A stretch of DNA of 64,000 bases from an uncultured Bacteroidota bacterium (lineage in GTDB: Bacteria > Bacteroidota > Bacteroidia > Bacteroidales > GCA-2748055): the NCBI GenBank assembly GCA_963793455.1, contig CAWCAK010000008.1, positions 298,480-362,479 of the forward strand, written 5' to 3'. This document shows positions 8,897-17,987 of this stretch, in pieces. Position numbers and translations under genes: made by a program. The notes beneath the pieces were generated by a model. That model saw only the letters and a program-made list of their open reading frames with translations. It was not told where the DNA came from and ran no database searches. How positions within the stretch are numbered: position 1 is the first letter of the stretch; every line of letters starts with the position of its first letter.

Positions 8897-9053
8897 AACT
8901 GTATCAATCCATAAAATGAATGATTCCAATGCAGGTTCAGTATAAAGAACCCTGCTGGAAACCGGGTCAGATGGTCAGGAGAAACCGGCATTGATCCTGT
9001 CCCGGATCCACCGGCGGTTCATCAGGAACACCAGGGTCTCCTGGAGGCATCCT
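8897..9053 (+). repeat. 157-bp direct repeat, right copy
   Basis: Identical to 7848-8004. Contains the functional 3' end of the flavoprotein gene. Confidence 0.95.
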
Positions 9054-10003
9054 TTCATGGGACCTGCCCGCCGGAACACCTTCATGACCCTCTCCAGGAT
9101 CCGGTTGTACCTGATCACCTGCCGCAACAGTTCGGGCTCATGGGAAGGATCCAGGATCATCCGGGCCACTTCCTGCCCGGACACCAGCGACTGGTAAATG
9201 CCTTCCCCTGTAAATCCGGATGCAAGCCCGGCTGCCTCTCCGGCCAGGAAAACATTCCCGAAACGCACACCCCTGTAATCGCATGCAATGGGATAGGATT
9301 CCAGCGGGGCATCCCCCGGATCGATCTGCTTCTCCTTCAGCCACTCCCGTAGGTTCTCCTTCACCTCCTGGTGTGATACCCTCCCGGGATCGCAGCAACA
9401 TCCTGCCACAATGCTTCCCCTGTGCGGGAATATCCAGGCATACCACTCATGGAACCTGCGGTGGTCAAGGAAGATCTCCAGCACCGGATCCACATGCTCC
9501 ACCGGGATGGTATACTGAAATCCGATGAGTCTCTTTTCTCTCTTCAGGCCCAGGTGCCTCCTGACAACCGATGCGTACCCGTCTGCCCCCACCAGGAATC
9601 TGTAACCAAACTCCCTCCCGTCCCTCAGGGTGACCTTCTCCGGTCCGGTCCCTGTTACCTGGCTGCCGGTGAGCACCTCCACCGAAGTACCCTCCAGCAG
9701 GCTCCGCTGGTAGGCCCCCAGCTCTTTCCGGTCCACCGTGAAAAGGTAGGGTGCCGGAACCACTGTGTCGGCCCGCCTGCGCCTGGAGTGAATGGCTGCC
9801 CTGGAAATGCTGTGCGCGATCACATTCCGGGCAACGGCAGCACCTCCATGTCCTTCAGGGTGAGCCCCCCGGCACAAAGCTTGTCCCCGAATATGGTCCC
9901 CTTTCTCCAGGAGCAGGACCTTCAGGCCTGATGGAGCCAGGGTACTGGCACAATGGAGCCCGGCCGGGCCCCCTCCAACGATCACCACATCGTAACTGTC
10001 CAC
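8975..10003 (-). CDS. NAD(P)/FAD-dependent oxidoreductase, geranylgeranyl reductase family (contains a compensated frameshift pair near 9825-9900)
   Basis: Rossmann motif DVVIVGGGPAG; LVGADG, YAWIFP and LAGEAAGLASGFTGEGI. The conserved GDKLCAGGLT motif is present in a shifted frame. Confidence 0.85.
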   Translation of the reverse strand: MDSYDVVIVGGGPAGLHCASTLAPSGLKVLLLEKGDHIRGQALCRGAHPEGHGGAAVARNVIAHSISRAAIHSRRRRADTVVPAPYLFTVDRKELGAYQRSLLEGTSVEVLTGSQVTGTGPEKVTLRDGREFGYRFLVGADGYASVVRRHLGLKREKRLIGFQYTIPVEHVDPVLEIFLDHRRFHEWYAWIFPHRGSIVAGCCCDPGRVSHQEVKENLREWLKEKQIDPGDAPLESYPIACDYRGVRFGNVFLAGEAAGLASGFTGEGIYQSLVSGQEVARMILDPSHEPELLRQVIRYNRILERVMKVFRRAGPMKGCLQETLVFLMNRRWIRDRINAGFS

Positions 10004-10022
10004 AATGATAGCATTTCAATGA

Positions 10023-12397
10023 TTAAGATATTTTCCTGATCACTCCCGTGGCTCCGTCCAGAAGAACCCGCTCCCCGGTCTCAAAGAACCCGAGGGCGCC
10101 TTTGGCATTCACCACCGCCGGGATTCCGTATTCCCTGGCCACAACAGCCCCGTGCGAAAGGGGGCTCCCGATCTCGGTAATCAGTCCCGATGCCAGGCTG
10201 AAATAGGGTGTCCAACCCACATCGGTGTACTGGCAGACCATGATCTCCCCCTTTTCCAGTGTATCGGCATCTTCAAGCTTCTCCACGATGCGGATCCTGG
10301 CCTCAATGGCCCCTGCACTTACAGGCAGCCCTTTCACCGCGTTGCCATTAATCCTGATCCCCGGGGCGTCCACCGGTAAAGGTTCAGGAAAGCCCATGAC
10401 AAACATCCGGGAACTTCAGTTTGAAGGACTCCGGGAACAATATCCTGCGTTCCTCCGCAAGTTCCTTCCATTCAGGACTCCGGGACTCAAGATACTGCCC
10501 AAGTTCCCCGTGTGTCAGGAAAAATACCTGGTCTGTATCTGCCAGCAGGCCACTCCCGACCATCATTTCAGCCAGCCTCAGGTAGCCTTTTTTCACCTGT
10601 TGCTGTACCTTCACTGCCATGGATTTGGTGTATTCCCTCCTGGCCACTGCAGCCCTGGCGGGCGGGAGTACTGAAGAGAGGATCCGGCGGGTCATCCAGC
10701 CCAGCTTTGACAGGATCTCCTGGCGGTGTTCCGTGTAACTGATCCTTGCACCTGCCTCTCTGTTTCCTGCCCTGAACCGCTTACGGATCAGGCTGTAGAG
10801 TTTTTCCGGATCCTCCTTCCAGCTTTTTTCCCTCAGTTCACCCTCACGCACACACCGGTGGCCATGTTTCTCCATCAGCTCTGCCAGGCTCCTGCGAAAC
10901 TCCCCAACAACGGGGGAACCGCCTGGATCATCCCCGGATTGTATCCACTGCTCAACCTCCACTGAGCCGTTGTATTTTTCGCATAGCCGTTCGATGGAAC
11001 GTACCACATCCGCACTTTCCACCTCCTGCAGATCAGACATCAGGGAGGCAGCATCCCTGTAATGGGCAGTATCTGGTTTCTCTTTACCGCCGCTCAGAAT
11101 GGACATGAGGGCTGACTGGTAGCTGCCCGATTGGCTGCTGGCACAATAGTGGTGGGCATAGGCCTCATTCAGCACATCCAGACTTCGGTCCAGCGCTGCG
11201 TATTGTCCGGCAGGATCTGCACACTCCTTCACCGAGTAAGACCGGGCGAGCTCCTCAAGTTTCTTCATGCGTTTCACGCCGGAGGCCAGGTACCTGAATT
11301 GCCTGATCTGGTTCCAGAGCCTGACCGGAAACGGTTTGGGCGCTACCGGGCGGTAATCACCAAAGGTTTCCCCAAGGGTATCGCCCATGATGGCAAATTC
11401 CACACGCCTCCCTCTTGTTCAGCAAAACAGCCTCTGATATATCAACCAGCCGGGTCATGCTGAAGAAGATGTGGTTATAGAACATGCCGAAATAGAGCGT
11501 TTCATCCGTAAATTCCTTCAGCGCCCCGCATGCAATATAGAAATCCTGGAGCCCCACCTCGATGGCCCTCCCGAATACCGAGTAGGTCAGCGGGGTCACA
11601 GGGCCGGGCATCATTTCGCCGATATTGGCCCGGGTAAAGACCTCGTTTTCACAGTACAGCTCACTGTCCAGTTCATTGAGGTGTACCCTTTTCAGGGTGG
11701 TGACGGGCCTGGCCTGAAGCCAGAAAAGGGTTCCGTTCCGGTCAATGGCCCACTCCAGGTCCATGGGACGCCCGAAATGGCCGGCGATCTGTTTCGCTTC
11801 CCGGAATATCTTCCCGATCTCCCGGTCATCCAGCAAAGCTCCCTTCTGCAGGACCGTACCGTTGCGGGAAAGCAGGACCTGCTCACCCGATGTGGTCCCG
11901 GCCATCAGTTCCTCGCCCACCCCTGTGGTCACACTGATCAGCCACTGGTCGGTCCGGTGGTTCACCGGGTTGGCGGTAAAGATCACCCCGGATCTGATGG
12001 CATGGACCATCTGCTGGATCACCACAGGGAATATGGCTCCCCTGTCCACCCCGAAATGCTCCCGGTAACTGCCCACCCGCTCCCGGTCGGCCGATCCCAC
12101 ACATTTCTCCACGGCTTCCCTGATCTCTTCCGGTGTCCTGCAGTTGAGGTACGATTCGAATTGCCCTGCAAAAGAGGTATTTCCTCCATCCTCGGCAAGG
12201 GCCGACGAGCGCACAGCCACCTCCGTAAAGGATGCCGACACCAGGTATTCCTCCAGCTCTGCCTTCCAGGAGTCCCCCTCTTCCGGGATCAGGACAATCC
12301 CTCCCGGCACATTCATTCCCAATTCCATCAGACGGGCCAGTCCGCGTGCTTTCCCCCCTGCTTCAGAACGGTTGGCTTCAGCCAGTGGCAATATCAT
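10023..12397 (-). CDS. PEP-utilising dikinase-like enzyme (PEP synthase / rifampicin phosphotransferase / YvkC / PigC architecture); split into three ORFs by frameshifts near 11400 and 10390
   Basis: N-terminal ATP-grasp motifs GGKARGL, AVRSSALAEDG, SFAGQF, DLEWA and LQARPVT. Central NIGEMMPGPVTPL. C-terminal His-swivel TDVGWTP...GSPLSHGAVVAREYGIPAV. Confidence 0.88.
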
Positions 12398-13388
12398 AGT
12401 AGACAGGATTTAATCCAAACTCCGCAACGCCTTTACCGGGTACACCATCAAATGTAAAATCCCCCATCCCCTCCCGGATATGGTATACACCATCCATCAC
12501 AAAATCAAAATACCGGTGCATGGCCACCTCCAGCAGGTGGGAAGAACCATCCCGGAATCTGAACGGTATGGTGGTTTCTGACGGTATCAGCGGATCGGAT
12601 GCAAACGACTCCATGCCGGGCAGTTTTCCGAAATGGGTAACCTGATCACCCCGGGTGAGGTAACCTGCCGAAAGCTGTCCCAGGAAATCATAGGTGATCA
12701 TGCTCAGGTTGAACGCCTCCCCGTTGTCCAGAACCCCGCCCAGCCATACATGCCTTTTCCATGTACTCCAGTCCCGTGCCCCCCAGCTGTGGTCCCTGAC
12801 CGATCTCCAGTCCACCGGGATCTCCTCCCCGTCCAGTATGATGGTCCCGCTGAGCCTGCCCCCCTGTTCCAGGTGCACTTTTTTGATCTCCTTCAGTTGC
12901 CGGAAGTACTCCTTCGTCCATTTTTCCCCGGCAATGACAGGAGCCATGTCGGAGGGACGGGAGATCTGCTTGAAGTTCACCAGGGGCCGGGTCCCTTCAA
13001 AGGAGAGGTCCAGGGTAACCTGGTGGGGTGCTCCATCCCTGGAAATGGTGCCTGAATAGGTGATCAACCACCTTTTTCCGGGTTCCTTGCATGCAAAACA
13101 GAGGTTTCCCAGGCGGAATCCGTCCCCCTCGGTAAGGGTGAGGTCTGTGAGTTCAAACGTTCCCTTTCCGGGAAGGTAGAAGGAGAGCCAGTATTCCGGT
13201 TCCCTGTGGGTACGGAAAGCCATCCTGACCACCATACAGGAGCCATCCCCTCCCCTCCCCAGGAAGTAGGAACTGTCATTAAATAACGGTTCATCCGGAC
13301 TGGAATGCTTTGATTCCAGTTCCGTAACGGACATACCTTTCTCTTTCAGGCTGCGCCTGATCAGGGCTGCCGCAAGGGCTTTTTTCAT
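12378..13388 (-). CDS. Hypothetical protein with RDHSWG motif (tocopherol cyclase / AttH / lipocalin-like double beta-barrel)
   Basis: Motifs NDSSYF, HLEQGGR..G.I, RDHSWGARDW and terminal GKGVAEF. Overlaps the dikinase start by 20 bp. Confidence 0.65.
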   Translation of the reverse strand: MKKALAAALIRRSLKEKGMSVTELESKHSSPDEPLFNDSSYFLGRGGDGSCMVVRMAFRTHREPEYWLSFYLPGKGTFELTDLTLTEGDGFRLGNLCFACKEPGKRWLITYSGTISRDGAPHQVTLDLSFEGTRPLVNFKQISRPSDMAPVIAGEKWTKEYFRQLKEIKKVHLEQGGRLSGTIILDGEEIPVDWRSVRDHSWGARDWSTWKRHVWLGGVLDNGEAFNLSMITYDFLGQLSAGYLTRGDQVTHFGKLPGMESFASDPLIPSETTIPFRFRDGSSHLLEVAMHRYFDFVMDGVYHIREGMGDFTFDGVPGKGVAEFGLNPVYYDIATG

Positions 13389-13490
13389 GAGAATTTCAAC
13401 TAGTTAACAGACAACAAATATAGGAGAAAACCGAGAATACCCATATGGATGAATTTTACTATTTTTCCACCTTCATTTAAACAGACACCC

Positions 13491-16241
13491 ATGATCCGCG
13501 TACCCCGACTGATGATGGCCGCACTGCTGGCCATGACCGTACCGGCCACCTGGTCCCAGGAAAAAAAGGCACTGACCATGACCGACATGATGAAATTCCG
13601 GCAGGTTGAATCACCCTCCGTCTCTGATGACGGAAGGTGGGTGGTGCATACTGCCAGGCCCGACCGCGGGGACCCGGAGGTGCTGGTCTACGCTACTACT
13701 GATAAGACCAGGCGGGCCATCCTGAGGGGAGAAAAGCCCGTACTATCGGGTGACGGCCACTGGGTGGCCGCCATTCATGCGATACCGGCCGAAAAGCGTG
13801 TTGCTTTAAAACCTGGTGCTGAGAACCCACCAAAGCCTGGCATGGCCCTTCTGAACATAACCAGCGGGAATATCCAGATCTTCGACAGTGTCCAATCCTT
13901 CAGTTTCAGCAATGACAGCAGGTGGCTGCTGTACCTTGGGTTCAGCAGGGATAAGGCAGGTAAGAAGGGTCAAAGAGAAAAGGAAGACCGGTTCCGCGCT
14001 GGTTGCCAGGTCCCTTGACGGCAAACCCGGGTTAACCTTTCCATTCGTCATGAATTCCAGCATCGACAGTCTCTCCCGGTACCTGGCCTACGTGGTGGCC
14101 GATACCTGTGGAAAAGGGAACGGGGTATACGTGGCTGACCTGGCCGATCCGGCCTCCAAACCTGCGGCCATTTACAGGGACAGTGCAGCATGGGCAGACC
14201 AGCTTACCTGGAACAACCAGGGACAGGCAACTTGCCTTCCTGGCCGGAATCTACAATGAAGACCACGGGAAGGAGGACGCTGTACTGCACCTCTGGTCAC
14301 CCGGGAAGGAAGCTTCTGAAGTGGCACTGGAGGACGGGAATCTGGAAGAGGGATGGAAGGTTTATCACACCAACAAGCTGCATTGGTCCGAAGACGGGAA
14401 GGGCCTTTTCCTGGGGATCAAGCCCATATCGGAGATCGTGCCGGAAGAAAAAGAAGAAAAGGATTCAGTGGTGAACCTGTTTGATACGGAGGAGATCCTC
14501 TCCGACCGGGGAGTGGATGTGTGGCACTGGAACGATCCCTTCATCAATTCCCACCAGAAAAAGTTGTGGAAACAGGAAAAAGAGAGGAGCTATACGGGCC
14601 TCTACCATCCCGCGAAAGACCGGTTTACAGCCCTGGCCGATCAGGAGATGCCGGATGTCAGGATCCCGGTGAACAGCCTGCGGCTGCTGGGGTTCCTCCC
14701 AGGTACCCTATGCCAAAAGGATGACCTGGGAGGGCAGGTTCAGGGATTTCTACCTGGTGGACCTCCACACGGGGGAGAAGACCCTGGTGTGAAAGAACAG
14801 GAACACGAAGATTGGACTCTCCCCCGACGGGAGGTTCCTGGTGTACTACCGGGCGGGCGACTGGCACCTGGTGGATGCCTCCACACTGGAGGAGCGGAAC
14901 CTGACCGGATCCCTGGATGTTCCCTTTGCCGATGAGGACTGGGATGAGCCCGCCGATGTGCCGGGTTATGGCGTCGGCAACTGGCTGGACGGATCTGCCG
15001 CGGTGCTCATTTACGACAAGTATGATATCTGGATGTTCCCCACAGCCGGTGGGGCGGCGGTCTGCCTTACCGAAGGAAAGGGCCGTTCAGCACAATACCA
15101 GTTCAGGATCAGGATCCTGGACAAGGAAAAAAAATACCTGGAGACCGGCGACCACGTCTTCCTGACGGCTTACCACGATGCAAAGAAACATACCGCACTC
15201 TACTCCATGAAAGCAGGGAAAAGCGGTGTGGAGCCAGTGGTAGAGGGCCCTTGGGAATACACCCTGGTTGCAAAGGCCAGGAAGGCGGACAAAGTGCTGT
15301 TCACCCGCCAGTCCTACACCGAGTTCCCAGACCTGTGGATCACCGGTACCAGGTTCAGGAAACCTGAACGCCTCAGCGATGTGAATCCGCAGGTGGCCGA
15401 ATTTGCCTGGGGAGATGCTGAACTTGTGGAATGGTCCTCTGTGGACGGTACACCCCTGCAGGGGATCCTGATCAAACCGGGCAATTATGAACCGGGCAAG
15501 CGGTACCCGGTGCTGGTATACTACTACCGTTTTTTCACCGACCGCCTCTACGATTTCAACCATGTGGCGGTGAACCACAGGCCCTGTTTCCCCTTTTACG
15601 CCAGCAACGGGTATGCCATCTTCCTTCCCGATATCCGCTTTGATGTGGGCACACCCGGGTATTCAGCCACCAAATGCCTGGTCCCGGGGGTTCAGAAGAT
15701 CATCAGTATGGGCGTGGCCGATCCGGATGCCATCTGCCTCCACGGACATTCATGGAGCGGGTACCAGACCGCCTTTGCCATCACACAGACCGATATCTTT
15801 GCCTGTGCCATCGCCGGGGCTCCCGTTTCAAACATGACCTCGGCCTACAGCGGGATCCGTTGGGAATCGGGACTGGCCAGGCAGTTCCAGTACGAGAAAT
15901 CCCAGAGCCGCATCGGCGGATCCCTGTGGGAGACCAGGGACAAGTATATAGAGAACTCCCCTGTATTCTTTGCCGACAGGATCGACACCCCCCTGCTGAT
16001 CCAGTTCGGGGACGCGGACGGGGCAGTTCCCTGGTACCAGGGGATCGAGCTCTACCTGGCCATGCGCAGGCTTGAAAAGGAGTGTATCTTCCTGCAGTAC
16101 CGCGGAGAACCCCACCACCTGAAACAGTATGCCAATAAACTGGACTATACCCTGAAATTCAAGCAGTACCTGGACCACTACCTGAAGGGTGAACCAGCGG
16201 CTGACTGGATCAAAGAGGGTGTACCCTACAGGGGAAAATAG
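13491..16241 (+). CDS. Secreted S9 (prolyl oligopeptidase / acylaminoacyl peptidase) family peptidase, split by several frameshifts
   Basis: Signal peptide and beta-propeller repeats (SDDGRW, SNDSRW, SEDGK, SPDGR). Catalytic GHSWSG, DGAVPW and EPHHL. ORF pieces: 13449-14018, 13888-14259, 14108-14935, 14841-16241. Confidence 0.88.
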
Positions 16242-16291
16242 GTGGTGCCGGAGAACCTTGCTATCTTAGCTGAAACCTAAAACCGTTGATC

Positions 16292-16582
16292 ATGTTTGTG
16301 ACCATTGTCCATGTAAAAGTAAAGCCCGAACACGTGGAGGATTTTATCGCAGCCTCGGCGAAAAACCACCATCAGTCGGTCAAGGAGCCCGGGAACGTAA
16401 GGTTCGATCTACTCCAGGGTACAGAGGATCCCACCCGGTTCGCCCTGTATGAGGCTTACCAGGACCAGTCTGCCTCAGCCGCGCATAAGGATACAGCCCA
16501 CTACCTGGAGTGGAGGGAAACCGTGGCCCCGTGGATGGCCGTTCCCCGCGAGGGGGTAAAATACAATGGATTACTTCCGTAA
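16292..16582 (+). CDS. Antibiotic biosynthesis monooxygenase (ABM) domain protein, LsrG-like
   Basis: VHVKVKPEHVEDF...N...S.KEPGNVRFD...F.LYEAY...AHK.T.HY..WRETV..WM..PR. Confidence 0.85.
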   Translation: MFVTIVHVKVKPEHVEDFIAASAKNHHQSVKEPGNVRFDLLQGTEDPTRFALYEAYQDQSASAAHKDTAHYLEWRETVAPWMAVPREGVKYNGLLP

Positions 16583-17972
16583 AAATGCAATGATGAAATC
16601 AGCAAACAACAAGGTCTCAGTTTTTGAAAAGATAGGGTATGGTTCAGGGGATTTTGCCTCCAACCTGTTCTGGCAGACATTCATGTATTTCCTGCCCATT
16701 TTTTACACCGATGTATTTGGCCTGCCAACCAGCATTGCGGCCCTGCTGTTTGGCTTATCCAGGATCCTGGATGGGTTTACGGATCCCCTGATGGGAATGA
16801 TCGCCGACAGGACCAGGTCACGCTGGGGAAAATTCAGGCCCTACCTCCTCTACGTTTCGGTTCCCTTTGCGGTGATCGGGATCCTCAGTTTCACCACGCC
16901 CGGTTTCGGTCTTACGGGCAAGATCGTCTATGCTTTTGTTACCTATAACCTGATGATGATCCTCTATACGGCCATCAACATACCCTACTCGGCCCTGATG
17001 GGAGTATTGTCGCCGGATTCACAGGAGAGGACCAGCATCTCATCCTACCGGTTCATCCTGGCATTCGGTGCCGGGCTTTTTGTCACTGCATTCAACAATA
17101 CTTTTGTGAATTATTTCGGGAAGGGTGACGATGCCCTTGGGTATAAATACACCATTATCCTCTATTCCGCACTGACTGTTGTGCTTTTCTTTTTTGCATT
17201 CATCTCAACCAGGGAGCGGGTTGTCCCCAAGAAAAAGGAACACAACAAGATCAGCATCGACCTGAAGGACCTGGTAACCAACAGGCCCTGGATCATCCTG
17301 CTGCTGGCCGGTATTTTTACCATTTTCTACGTCTCCATCCGGAACGGTGCCATCGCATACTACTTCAAGTACTACGTGGATATTAAAACCATCGATTTTG
17401 CCCTTTTTGGCCGGTCATTCAGCTACGATTTCTCATCGGCTTTCATGGTGATCGGAACCATCGCCGGGATCCTGGGGATCTCGGTGGTGAAACGGTTCTC
17501 CGACCTCATCGGGAAGAAACAGGCCTATATGGTGCTGATGATCCTGTCCACCGCGCTGACCAGCACTTTCTTTATCCTGAAGAACGACCAGGTTTTCGGT
17601 ATGTTCGTACTTCAGATCCTGGCCAGCCTTTTCATGGGTCCCACCTCTGTCCTGGTATGGGCCATGTATGCCGATGTGGCCGACTATTCTGAATGGAAAA
17701 ATGGAAGGAGGGCCACGGGACTCATATTCTCCGCATCCACCATGGCCCAGAAATTCGGATGGTCCCTGGCCGGGGTGGTTACCATGGCCCTGCTCTCCCT
17801 GTTCGGGTACGAGGCCAACATGGCGCAGTCCCCGGAATCGCTGACCGGGATCCGGGCGCTGATCAGCCTGATCCCATCACTGGGCAGTGCCATCTGTGCC
17901 GTGCTTATCCTTTTCTATGCGCTGGACGACAGGTTCATGAAGAAAATACAGAAGGAGCTTGCAGAAAAGTAG
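16566..17972 (+). CDS. Glycoside-pentoside-hexuronide (GPH) cation symporter, MelB/UidB/XynT-like
   Basis: Motifs EKIGYGSGDFASN, DPLMGMIADRTRSRWGKFRPY, NIPYSAL and ADVADYSEWK.GRRATG. Confidence 0.92.
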   Translation: MDYFRKNAMMKSANNKVSVFEKIGYGSGDFASNLFWQTFMYFLPIFYTDVFGLPTSIAALLFGLSRILDGFTDPLMGMIADRTRSRWGKFRPYLLYVSVPFAVIGILSFTTPGFGLTGKIVYAFVTYNLMMILYTAINIPYSALMGVLSPDSQERTSISSYRFILAFGAGLFVTAFNNTFVNYFGKGDDALGYKYTIILYSALTVVLFFFAFISTRERVVPKKKEHNKISIDLKDLVTNRPWIILLLAGIFTIFYVSIRNGAIAYYFKYYVDIKTIDFALFGRSFSYDFSSAFMVIGTIAGILGISVVKRFSDLIGKKQAYMVLMILSTALTSTFFILKNDQVFGMFVLQILASLFMGPTSVLVWAMYADVADYSEWKNGRRATGLIFSASTMAQKFGWSLAGVVTMALLSLFGYEANMAQSPESLTGIRALISLIPSLGSAICAVLILFYALDDRFMKKIQKELAEK

Positions 17973-17987
17973 GGATGCCGGTATCCG

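Noticed and set aside
7848-9053. 157-bp repeat as a CRISPR array, prophage att site or simple assembly duplication
   Set aside because: There are only two copies and no spacers, cas genes, integrase or tRNA. The copies abut perfect TIRs exactly, which fits a target-site duplication. Mis-assembly cannot be fully excluded without reads.
10023-12397. Calling the dikinase ppsA or a rifampicin-resistance gene (rph)
   Set aside because: It lacks the C-terminal PEP/pyruvate TIM barrel of PpsA. Its domain order is shared by several small-molecule dikinases, so the substrate cannot be read from the sequence.
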